From Chrysemys picta bellii (Eukaryota): a stretch of DNA of 64,000 nucleotides. Made by a program: the position numbers and the translations under genes. Every line of letters starts with the position of its first letter. Position 1 is the stretch's first letter. The stretch is taken from positions 5,146,001 to 5,210,000 of the forward strand of contig NC_088810.1 in NCBI RefSeq assembly GCF_011386835.1, read 5' to 3'. The notes beneath the pieces were generated by a model, which saw only the letters and a list, made by a program, of their open reading frames with translations, was not told the origin of the DNA and did not search any database. Positions 9,467-20,775 of the stretch are shown in pieces.

Positions 9467-12400
9467 TTAGACATTGGAGTAGATCTGCTCAGACAGCAAA
9501 TGCGGCTGCCAAGTGCCAACGTTCCCATAATGTCCGGCTCCTTCTGCTGCTAAATTCTCATAGTCTTCCACTCGCTCCATGGCCTCGTAGTCGTCAATGC
9601 CCAGCTCCTGAGGATGCAAAGAGGAAGGATTGACTCACCCAGAGGTTGCTGAGATGCAGCCACCGCTGGGGCGGGGCAGATGGGGAACAGCCGCACACAA
9701 CGCTGCATAGGGACGGCTCACTCAGGGCCGAGATGCAGCCGGGGGCAGGAAACAAAGACTAATGTATCTATGGCGACAGAATGGATTTTAGGGAGGCAAA
9801 TGTAATTAACTATCTGGGAATCTGGCCAGGACGCCGGGGTCCACATCCTGTCCCCCTCGGTCTGACAAACAGAGGAGACGTCTGGTTACTCGGCACTCAG
9901 GTGCTCTGACCAATGCTAATAACTGCAGCACGGCGCCCCCTAGTGCCGCCCTGGGGCACCGGGGCCAACCCTGACTGCCAGGGGAGAGCCTCCACCCTGC
10001 AGGTCTCTCATCCAGGGAGCAACCAGGCCCCTCCCAGCTTAGCCCAGGACGATGGTAGGGGGATCATGTGGCCCTGGCCTTTCCCACCTCTCCCCCCGCC
10101 TTTGCCTTGCTGTATAGGTTGAACTGCTCGTCCTTCTTCGCCTTGCTCGCCTTCCCCCCCTTGAGGGACGGCCTCTGCTCCCCGTTGCCTTCATTGTCAT
10201 AGATCGAGGGACCCTCTTCTTCGTCTTTCCTGCAGGAGAGAACAGGCTTTAGCTTGGTTCCCGCAGCCCTGGAGCTGCCGACGAGCCCACCCTGCAGTAG
10301 CCCATCCCAGGGGTTAACAGTGGCAGGGGGTCCTGTGGGTTAAGCCTTCTAATATTTAGTGACTGGCATTCCTCTGGGTTAACGCTGATAATATCTAGTG
10401 GCAGGGAGTTCCACAGGTTAACTCTGCAACTCTCCAGTGGCAAGGGAGCCCTGTGGGTTAACCGTGCTAATCCCCAGTGACAGGGAGTCCCACGAGCTAA
10501 CCCTGCAAATATCCAGTTGCAGGGAGTTCCGCAGGTTAACCCTGCAACTATCCAATGGCAAGGAAGCCCTGTGGATTAACCGTGCTAATCCCCAGTTGCA
10601 GGGAGTTCCACAGGTTAACCCTGCAAATATCCAGTGGCAAGGAAGCCCTGTGGGTTAACCGTGCTAATCCCCCAGTTGCAGGGAGTCCCACGGGCTAACC
10701 CTGCAAATATCTAGTTGCAGGGAGTCCCACGGGTTAATTATTTCTTACAGGCGCCTCATACCACAGGAGACCAGCCAGGTTCTGTCCAATCCTGCTTACT
10801 TGCCTGCTTTTCACAGGTGTCTCCCTATGTCCTAATGAATCCACCCCCTCATTCCTTCTGGTCCAGTTCTCTGGGTCTCTCTATATCTGACCTCCACCCA
10901 TGCCCCTTCCTCTTCTGTGCCTGCTGCCATGCCCCCTGGTGTTGAGTGGGGCCTGCTGCCCATGCAGCTCCTTTGTGGCTAAGCCATCAGACCTCCAACC
11001 CCATGGCCTGGTGCCCTCACCTGGCTCTGGCTACCTTGTAGACCACGATCGCCAGCACCGAGAGGAGCAGAACGCCACCAATGACTCCGCTGGAGACCAT
11101 GAGCAGCAAATTATCGTCCCCTGCAGAGACAGATAGACACAGTTGGTGGCAAAGGTGGGATTAATGGTGTCAAGCAGTGCATAAAGGGGGAGCAGCATCT
11201 ATATGTGGGTAATTACAGTAACAGCATGACCATGCATGGGTGGGAGGCTGCTATCGTCCCCTCACCTGAGCTAAATTAGACAGGCAGCTTGAACTCATGG
11301 TGGGTATATATAAGCAAATATGGGAAGGGTGCACTACTTACTCAGCGGTTCCTAGGTTACTCGGGCCCTGGGGTAAATTAGAGGGGTGGCTTATATTTGG
11401 GTGTGAGTATATATGGTAACCCCATACCCATGCTCAGGCTATATTAAATAAATGGCAGATTTATACTGTGTAAAAGAGTAATTATGGTAATACCAGACAT
11501 GAGTGTGTATGTGAGTAATTACAGCAGCCGGCCACCGTATGCCCAGCCCCCTGAGCTACCCAGACATGCGGCAGATACCCAGGTCAGGGTGTATACATGA
11601 GTAATTAAGGTAACAGGGAGCCCCAAGCCCAGCCCCCGAAAGCTACCCCAGACATGCGGTTGGGGTTGCCATCTGTCTAATGACACAAACCCAAACACCC
11701 TTGCCCTGCCCCCTGCCCCGCCCCTGCCTGAGGCCCCACCCCTGCCCTGCCCCTTCTCCCAGGCCCCACCCCGCTCACTCCATCCCCCACTCCCTCCGTC
11801 GCTCGCTCTCCCCCACCCTCACTCACTTTCAGTGGGCTGGGGCAGGGGATTGGGGTGTGGGAGAGGATGAGGGGTGCAGGCTCTGGGAGGGAGTTTGGGT
11901 GCAGGAGGGGACTCAGGGCTGGGGCAGGAGTTGGGGTGTGGGAGAGGGTGAGGGGTGCGAGTTCTGGGAGGGAGTTTGGTTGCAGGAGGGGGATTCTGAT
12001 CTGAGGCAGGGGTTGGGGTGCAGGAGGGGGTGTGGGGTGCAGGCTCTGGAAAGGAGTTTGAGTGCAGGAGGGGGCTCAGGGCTGGGGAAGAGGCTGGGTG
12101 CAGGAGGAGATGAGGGGTGTGGGCTCCAGCCGGGAGGCGCTTACCTTGGGTGGCTCCCAGATGCACAGCGGGGCTAAGGCAGGCTCCCTGCTTGCCCCGG
12201 CCCTGCACTGCTCCCGGAAGCGGCCGGCACGTCCCTGCTGTGCTCCACGCACTGCCTGTGCCCACAAGCGCTGCCCCCGCAGCTCCCATTGGCCGCAGTT
12301 CCAGGCCAATGGGAGCTGTGGAGTCGGTGCTCGGGGAGGGGGCAGTGCACGGAGATGCACCCCTGCCAGGGGCCGCAGGGATGTGTGGGCCGTTTCCAGG

Positions 12401-15400
12401 AGCAGTGCCTTAGCCCTGCTGCGCCGCCGGACTTTTAGCCCCTAAAATCTCCCGGTTTGGCTGCAGTAGCCTCCAGGAGATGGAGTCCGATTCCGAGAGA
12501 CTCCCGGCCAAACCGGGACGGTTGGCATGACAGGACTCCCGCTCATTTCCCACCCACGTGCGGAATGAATTTTGTTACGTGCCCCAGTATGGAGGTGACG
12601 TGTGACACGACCCTGTGACACATCACCTCCATATTGGGGCATGCAACAAAATTAATGTGGTGGGGGTGGGGCTGAGGAGTGTGGAGGGTGGGAGGGGCTC
12701 AGGACTGGGGCAGAGGGTTGGGGTGCAGGGGGTGAGGGCTCTGGATGCGGGTGCAGGCCGCGCAGATTAGGGGGAACTCCGGTTGGCAACCCTACATGCG
12801 GCCGATACCCCGGTCGGGGCATGTACATGAGCTGTTACGGTACCAGGGCACCCCATGCCCAGTCCCCCACCGGTCCCCGGTACCTGCGGGCACAAAGGGC
12901 AGTGTGGCCTGGCTCTGTCCATGGGCGTTGGTGGCAGCGCAGGACACGTTGGCCAGGGCCCGGGTCGGGCCCCGCAGCTCCCCACTCACGGCCGGGCCCC
13001 GCGCCCCCGAGGTCGCTCGCAGCTCAGGGCCCTCGAAGTCCCCCGGGAGGGTGCGGTTGGGCAGGCGCCACTCGAGGCGGGGGTGGTGGGTTCCCCTCGG
13101 CCGTGCAGTGACACGTGGCCGTTCCTCCGGGCCCGCTGCCCCACACCGTGCAGTTCCCCTGTGGCAGCAGCTCCGGGGGGTCTGCAATGGGACACAGGAC
13201 ATGTGGGGCACTGAGCCCAGATCCCCCAGCCGCCCCTGAACCAGCCAGCGCCCCGCCTGGGGGCCAGCGCCCCCTAGAGGGGAATGGCCTTGTGCCCCCT
13301 TCCCTGCCACCCAAGCCTTGGGGTTGATCGGGGCCAGCACCCTCCAAAGGGGAAAAGCCCCATGCCCCATTTCCAGCCACCCTGAGCCAGCCCCCCAAAC
13401 TGGGGCTGGATCAGGGCCTGCACCCCCTAGAGAGGAAAGGCCCCGTAGCTCCTTCTACACCCCCCTGAGCCAGACAGTCCCCTGTCCCAGGACAGGATCG
13501 GGTCTAGCGCCCCCTAGAGGGGAAAGGCCCTGTGTCTCATTCCCCACCCCCCTGAGCCCACCCCTGCCCTGTGGCCGGATCGGGGCCAGCGCCCCTACAG
13601 GGCAGGATCCCCCGCCCCCTCACACTCCACATCGAGGTTTGCGGCGGGCGAGTCCTCCCCCAGGCCGATCTCGTTCTCGGCGGCGCAGCGGTACGGCCCC
13701 GAGAGGCGCCCCACAGCCAGCACCGTCACCTCGGGGCCCCGGCCCAGCCCCCGCAGCAGGGCCCGGCGCGGCCCCTGGAACCAGCGGTAGGTGGTGGCCG
13801 GTGGGTGGCTCTGGCTGGTGCAGCGCAGGGTGACGTTGTCGCCTTCCTTCAGCCGGGCCGGCCCCACCACGGCCACAGCTGTGCCCCGCGGGCGATCTGG
13901 GGGGGAGGGGCACATTAGGGGGAACCTGCCCCCACCAGCCACCCTGAGACCCCAGAGCTGCTCCAGCCTCCGGCCTTCCCCAGAACATCATCTGTGCCAC
14001 CCCCTCCCTCTCTGGGGCCAGCCCCCACCACGAGGGGAAAGCCCCCCACCCCGCCCTCTGCAGAGCGGCGCCCCCAGTAACCCCCTGCCCTGCCCCTGCC
14101 CCACAGCGACCCCTCCTGACCCTCTGCCCCGCCCCCTGCCCCACAGCACCCCCTGCTGACCCCACCCACCCTGCCCCCTACAGCACAGCACCCCCTACTG
14201 ACCCTCTGCCCCACCTCGTCCTGCACAGTGCCCCCTGCTGACCCCCTGCCCTGCCCCCTGCCCCACAGCACCCCCTCCTGACCCTCCGCCCCTCTCCCTG
14301 CCCCACAGCACCCCCTCCTGACTCCCCGCCCCTCCCCCTGTCCCACAGCACCCCCTGCTGACCTTCTGCCCACCCTCTGCAGCACGGCGCCCCCTCCTGC
14401 CCTGCCCCTGCACCACAGCGACCCCTACTGACCCCACCCACCCCGCCCCCTACAGCACAGCACCCCCTATTGACCCTCTGACCCGCCCCGTCCCCCACAG
14501 CGCCCCCTGCTGACCTTCCACCCACCCTCTGCAGCATGGCGCCCCCTCCTGCCCTGCCCCTGCACCACAGCGACTCCTACTGACCCCACCCACCCACCCT
14601 CTACAGCACAGCACCCCCTATTGACCCTCCGACCCACCCCATCCCCCACAGCGCCCCCTGCTGACCCCCTGCCCTGACCCCCGCACCATGGTGTCCTCTT
14701 CTGTCCCTTGCCCTGCCCCCTGTACCACAGCACCTTCTCCTAACTCTCCGCCCCTCCCCATGTCCCACAGCGCCCCCTGCTGACCTTCCACCCCGCCCGC
14801 TGGAGCACTGCGCCCCCTAGTGCCAGGCTGGGACATCGGGGCCAGCCCTGCCTGCCATGGGAGAGCCCCCACCCTGCCCCCTGCAGCACAGCGCCCCCTA
14901 GTGCCACCCTGGGGCATTGGGACCAGCCCTGCCTGCCATGGGAGAGCCCCCACCCCGCCCCCTGCAGCACAGCGCCCCCTAGTGCCACCCTGGGGCATTG
15001 GGACCAGCCCTGCCTGCCATGGGAGAGCCCCCACCCCGCCCCCTGCAGCACAGCGCCCCCTACCGCCCTCTCACTCACACTTGACCTGCAGGTACAGCCC
15101 GTTGCGAGCCTGCTGCTGGTTGGGGAAGGTGGCCGTGCACTGCAGGTACCGCCCGTGGTCCTTGTACGAGGGGGTGTAGCTCAGCTCCGACTCCGCCCGC
15201 CAGCCGCCCCCTGCCAGCCGCTCGTGGCTGGTCGCGGCTTTGCCCCCCCCGGGGCTCCAGCCCAGGCTGGGAGGGGCCGAGGGGCAGGTGTGGCGGATGG
15301 AGCAGGTGATGGTGGTTCGGTCGCCCTCGATCAGCACCCCGGGGTCGCTCAGCATCAGCGGGTCTGGAGTGTCTGGGGGAGACAGACGGGGAGGGTGTCA

Positions 15401-16518
15401 CAGACTGCGGCGAGTGATTGGCCTCTGATTCAGCCACCTCTGGGGTGGGTCACAGGGGCTGCTTATACAGGGGCTCCTCGCCCGGCGCCAAGATGCAGCC
15501 GCCTCTGGGGTGGGGCAGCTGTTTATACAAGGACCCCTCCCCAGTGCTGAGATGCAGCCGCCTCTGGGGTGGGGTGCAGGGATTGTGTTCTCCCCCTGGC
15601 TCTGGGAGGGGAGTGGGGTCTAATGGTTAGAGCAGGGAGTGTTGCTGCGGTCTGTGCTTTTAATGGCCGGTAACAGAGGAAGCAGTTTTGGGGGAAGGGC
15701 TGGGGGAGGAAGTGGGGTTCCTGGGGGGCTGTGCAGGGAGCTCTGTGTTTTTCCTTGATGTGGTGTCTGCATATGGGGTTGGGCGGCTGTTTATACAGGC
15801 ATCCTGCAATGCGACCGCCTCTGGGGCGGAACCCTCTGCTCCCAGTCTCCCTTTGGCTGTATCCCTGGGGCTGCCCTGTGCGAGGTGGGGGGGGTCTCCA
15901 GTTACCTGCCACCTCCACCCGGACTGTGACGTCGTAGAAGCGATGCCTGACAGAGTCGGGGTTGATCCAGACGTAGTAGCTCATGGCGTCCTCGCTCCGC
16001 ACGGGGTTTATGCTCAGGGTGCAGTTCTTCATCTCCAGATCCCCCAGCAGCTGCGTCCGGGCCTGGTACTCGGCCAGCACGCTGGCCGTGCCCTTGCTGT
16101 TATAGATCTCGGGGTAGCCCCTGCTCCGGTACTGGTACCAGACCACGTTGAATGGACCGCCCAGGGACTCGCGGGAGCCGGGGTAGGTGAACGAACAGGG
16201 GATGACCACACAGGAACCCTTCAGAGCCCGGATGGTCCCAGGGAGCGAGGATGTCCAGGACCCAGAGACATGGCTGTAACACAACGCTGGAAAGACAGAA
16301 TGTAGCGCTGAGGTGCAGCCACCTCTGGGGCGGGGCAGCTGGGGAACAGCCACACATAACGCCACACAGGTATGGCTCACCTGGGGCCGAGATGCAGCCA
16401 CCTCTGGGGCGGGGCAGCTGGGGAACAGGGATGGCAGAGACTTACCTTCCAGCAGGGCCAGCAGGAGGTGCTGCCACGTGAGACTCACAGCGTGTCCGGC
16501 CTGGGGGGATCCGGCCAT
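9467..16518 (-). CDS. Siglec/MAG-like Ig receptor A: SP-V-C2-C2-C2-TM-tail, about 566 aa; one +1 frameshift in exon 5 as assembled
   Basis: Exons 16518-16446 (signal MAGSPQAGHAVSLTWQHLLLALLEG), 16286-15906 (V-set, GSCVVIPCSF), 15372-15079, 13896-13624, 13181-12884 (298 nt, extra C at 13079-13083), 11120-11021 (TM), 10229-10088, 9607-9467 (ends EQIYSNV*). All GT-AG with compatible phases. Non-coding exon with donor at 18259. Confidence 0.85.
10290..10740. repeat. ~42-bp tandem repeat with alternating A/B units (~84-bp higher-order period)
   Basis: GGAAGCCCTGTGGGTTAACCGTGCTAATCC alternates with GGGAGTTCCACAGGTTAACCCTGCAAATAT; last-but-one intron of Siglec A. Confidence 0.8.
11661..12794. mobile_element. 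Non-autonomous hAT DNA transposon (composite, 1134 bp)
   Basis: TIRs TGGGGTTGCCA / TGGCAACCCTA; 8-bp TSD CATGCGGT/CATGCGGC; internal ~31-bp-arm hairpin at 12568-12653. Confidence 0.8.
14800..15060 (-). repeat. ~80-bp tandem repeat carrying CTCF-like motifs (4 copies)
   Basis: GCGCCCCCTAGTGCC at about 14811, 14891, 14971, with a variant at 15051. Confidence 0.75.
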
Positions 16519-18373
16519 GTCGGGTGGATTGAATTAGGACCCCAGGTGTCCGTCCCCTCCCCCTCTCTGCTGTGACCCCTGGGGGTGGAGAGAGAGCCGT
16601 GGGTTATAAGTGGAACTGCTCTAGCCTGGATTGGAGCCAGTGCCTCCCCCATAATGGGAAAGGCCCCATGCCCCATTCTCCGCCCCTGAGCCAGCCAGTC
16701 CCTGTCCTGGGGCCAGATCGGGGGCCCCGTATCTCATTCGCCCCAGGGACTCGCTCCCCCTTTGCAGTCTCTCCGCCCAGGGCCGTCGCAGCCCAAAGCC
16801 CTTTGGCTTCCTTACGAAAACCCACAGCTTGTGTTGCTGGAGCCAATCCTGGCGGTGAAACTGGGGCGGGGGTCACCTGTCCCTCACCCGTCCCAGCTCC
16901 TCCCCTAGGAGAGACCCCGCCCCCACCCCAGGGAGCTGCTCACTCCCTTCCATCCCCCCTTCTACAGCAGGGAAACTGAGGCAGCAACAGAGCTCAAAAG
17001 AGAGCCAGGACTCCTGGGTTCTCTCCATGGCTCTGGGAGGGGAGTGGGGTCTAGTGGCTAGAGCAGGGGGGGCTGGCAGCCAGGACTCCTGGGTTCTCTC
17101 CCTGGCTCTGGGAGACAAGTGGGCTCTGAGGTCAGGGTGGGGGGAGGGGAGCCAGCAGCAGCCGGGCGCGGGCAGAGCAGACACACACGGATGCGCATGA
17201 CCCAGCGCAGTCCCCCCCAGCTGCTGGCCGCTTGCCCAGGCCCGGCTCGGGGGAGCTCCCGGCCTCTGCACGGACCCAGGCCTCCCTCCCCCATGCCCCC
17301 ATCTCCCTCCACCATCTCCCCATCCACTTACACCCCCTCCCCCTCCCATTTATCCCCACCCACTCCCTCTCCCACCCCCAGCCACCCCATCTCAATCCAC
17401 CATCTCCTTCCCCCACCCATCTATCCCCACTCATTCCCTCTCCCACCCCATCTCCCTACACCTTCTCCCTCCCCCACCCATCTATCCCCACCCTCTCCCT
17501 CTCCAACCCCCAGCCACCCCATCTACCCATCTCCCTCCCCCACCCATCTATCCCCACCCACTCCCTCTCCCACCCCCAGCCACCCCATCTCCCTATCCTC
17601 CCCCACACAACCTATCTATTCCTCCGTCCCCCATACACCCCTCTATCTATCCATCCCAATACACCCCCACAGGTATCCCCACACATCCCATCTATCCATC
17701 CCCATCCATCCCTCTGTCTATCCATCCATCCATCCACACCTCTAATTATCTACCACTATCTATCCCCGCCTGTCTAGTTACCCGTTACCGCCCCCCCCTC
17801 CCCCCCCCCCCCCCGCTCTGGGCTCCCACACTTCTCTCAGGGCCCAGTCACAAGCTCCTGGTCAGTTTCACTTTCCTGTACCTATTTCTGGTCAGTTTCA
17901 CTCTCCCGCCCTTGGCCTCCCCTTACCCCCTCTGGGCCCGCCCCCCCCCCGCCCCCCCCCAGGCTTGGGGTGTCTGATGCTGCGAAGGGGAGTGATGGCG
18001 GGGGGCTCAGTCCTTCAGGGTCTCAGCCAAAGAAAACCTGGGGAGGGGGAGCCAGGACTCCTGGGTTCTTGCCCTGGCTCTGGGCGAGGGAAGTGGGGTC
18101 CAGGGATTAGTGCAGGGAGGCTGGGAGCCAGGACTCCTGGGTTCTACCCCTGGCTCTGGGACCGGGGGAGGGGGTTCTGTCCAACACACCCCACCCTTCC
18201 TTCCATTTCTCCCCTCTTCACCCCCAACTTGCTGCGCTGGGAATTCCCGGGAGCTCACCAGGCAGGGCCGGCGTCCGGCCGGATCCCAGCGCCCCCAAAG
18301 CTGGCCCAAGCCTGGCTCTCGCTGGCTTCCTCTTGCCCTCGTTTTCTCTCCGTCCTCTCTGCGCTCCGGCCAA

Positions 18374-18383
18374 CTATAAATAA
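18374..18383. promoter_or_regulatory. TATA-like element between head-to-head Siglec A and NLR genes
   Basis: CTATAAATAA reads TATAAAT on + and TATTTATAG on -. It lies about 115 bp upstream of the Siglec A non-coding exon donor CCTG|GTGAGC at 18259. Confidence 0.4.
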
Positions 18384-18889
18384 TTGCTTCACTGTCGCCC
18401 TGGGGCCCGGCTGAATCTGTGAGCTGCAGCTCCCGCCTCCCCCCCCCCCCCCCGCTTCCCCACAAGTCCCATGTCTGCCCTGGCACATGCCGTGGAGGGG
18501 CATTGGGGGGGGACACCTAGGGGCTCCCACCCCCTACACACCCCCATCTTTGAGCCGGCATTGCTGGAATAAAGCAGGAGAGAGACAGAGTGTGAGTGTG
18601 TGTCCATGTTTGCGTCCCCTTCCCTGCCGCAGCAGGCCAGGCAGAGCGTGTGTGTGTCTGAGACACGCTGCGGGTGTGGTTGTGACACGGGGCAGGTGTG
18701 ACACTGCCGGGGGTTTCACACAAGGAGATAGTCACAGGGCAAAGGCCTCCACTTGGAATGGTCTCGCGGCACCGATAAGGCGACAGATTAACACACACGC
18801 TGCTCCACAGACACACACACACGCAAATTACACTGAACAGTTAGAGCTACAAACAGAACGGAGAGAGGGAAGAGGTCGGGAGTGAGGGA

Positions 18890-19240
18890 CACCGGCAGGG
18901 CTGGGGGGTGGGGAGCCCAGGGCTGGGATCGCAGGGGCTGTGGGTCAGGAGTGAGGGGCACTGGCAGGGCTCGGGGGGGAGCCCAGGGCTGGGATCGCAG
19001 GGGCTGTGGGTCAGGAGTGAGGGGCACTGGCAGGGCTCGGGGGGAGCCCAGGGCTGGGATCGCAGGGGCTGTGGGTCAGGAGTGAGGGGCACTGGCAGGG
19101 CTGGGGGGGGGGGGAGCCCAGGGCTGGGCTAGCAGGGGCTGTGGGTCGGGAGTGAGGGGCACTGGCAGGGCTCGGGGGGAGCCCAGGGCTGGGATCGCAG
19201 GGGCTGTGGGTCGGGAGTGAGGGGCACCGGTAGAGCTGGG
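18890..19240. repeat. ~63-bp minisatellite
   Basis: GGGATCGCAGGGGCTGTGGGTCAGGAGTGAGGGGCACTGGCAGGGCT units; related inverted arrays at 55065-55460, 58730-58890 and 61840-61930. Confidence 0.85.
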
Positions 19241-20228
19241 GGAGGGCTCGTTGCCAGGTGACTAGCGGAGACCAGAGCAGACACCACATCAAGGAAAAAC
19301 ACAGAGCTCCCTGCACAGCCCCCCAGAGCCCCACTTCTGCCCCCTGCCCCAGGCTGGGCCCAGCTCTTCCCCCCAAAACTGCTTCCTCTGTTACCAGCCA
19401 TTAAAAGCAGCGATCTCAGCAACACTCTCTGCTCTAACCACTAGACCCCACTCCCCTCCCAGAGCTAGGGGGAGAACCCAGGAGTCCTGGCTCTCACCCA
19501 GGGAGGGAGGGGCTATTACCCGGCAAGGCCTTTGCTGATTGTGGTTAATGATTGAGCCAAAGGTTGCTCTGGCTAGAGCTGAGATCCTGCCCCGCCCCCG
19601 GAGCAGCAGGGCGCAGGGCTTTGCAGACCCAGCTGGACCCAGGTAGGACCCACAACACCACTGCCCTGTCCCGCCGGGAGCAGGATGGGGCCTAGTGATT
19701 AGAGCGGGGGGGATGGGAGCCAGGACGCCTGGGTTCTCTCCTAGCTCAGGGGGAAGGGGGGGTCTAGTGGGTTAGAGCGGGGGCGGGGCTGGGAGTTCAG
19801 TCCCCATGGCCCAGATCCGGCCCTCACCTGTCTGCTGGGGCTGCTGGCAAGGGGGTGGTGAGCTCCCCTGGGGGAGGAGGGGGGGGGACGTGGTCCCTCT
19901 CCCGGGACAGGGCTGAGACTGGACACACTCACTTCACAGACAGGGCCATGACACTGAAGGAGCCCAGAGTGAATCCCCCACTGGGGCTGGATCAGGGGCA
20001 AAAGGCCCCATTCCCTGCCCCCCCCCCACCAGTCACCCCACCCCCCGCTCAGTGACTGGAGGGCTGTAGCCGTGGAATGAAGGTCAAGTTCTCTGCTCCT
20101 TGGAATGAGCAGAGATAAGATGCCCCGCCCCACCCTGCCCTCCCCACATCATCCACCCCCTGTCACAACCCAGCCGAGCTGCCAAGCCAGGACCGGCTGG
20201 GTGGGTGACAGGACGGGAGACCAGCTGC

Positions 20229-20625
20229 AGGGGGCGCTGTGCTGCAGGGCGGGGGGCTCTCCCCCAGCAGTCAGGGCTGGCCCCAATGCCCCAGGGCAGC
20301 GCTAGGGGGCGCTGTGCTGCAGGGCGGGGGGCTCTCCCCCAGCAGTCCGGGCTGGCCCCAATGCCCCAGGGCAGCGCTAGGGGGCGCTGTGCTGCAGGGC
20401 GGGGGGCTCTCCCCCAGCAGTCAGGGCTGGCCCCAATGCCCCAGGGCAGCGCTAGGGGGCGCTGTGCTGCAGGGCGGGGGGCTCTCCCCCAGCAGTCAGG
20501 GCTGGCCCCAATGCCCCAGGGCAGCACTAGGGGGCGCTGTGCTGCAGGGCGGGGGGCTCTCCCCCAGCAGTCCGGGCTGGCCCCAATGCCCCAGGGCAGC
20601 GCTAGGGGGCGCTGTGCTGCAGGGA
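20229..20625 (+). repeat. 75-bp tandem repeat carrying CTCF-like motifs (5 full copies plus 1 partial)
   Basis: GC(G/A)CTAGGGGGCGCTG with TAG at 20303, 20378, 20453, 20528, 20603. Confidence 0.8.
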
Positions 20626-20775
20626 GGGGCTCAGGACAGAGCGCTCTCCCCTCCAATTTAGACTATTCATCGCATTTTCCTGGCTCTGGGAGGGGAGTGG
20701 GGGCTAGCGGTTAGAGCAGGGGAGGGGGGCTGGGAGCCAGGACTCCTGGGTTCTCTCTCTGTCTCTCCCCAGCAG

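Noticed and set aside
10100-10110. Non-canonical GC donor in the Siglec A tail (AAG|GCAAAG)
   Set aside because: A canonical GT donor in the same phase lies just downstream (exon end 10088).
12568-12653. 86-bp hairpin as a possible miRNA or structured RNA
   Set aside because: It lies inside a TSD-flanked hAT element and is explained by transposon-internal inverted repeats.
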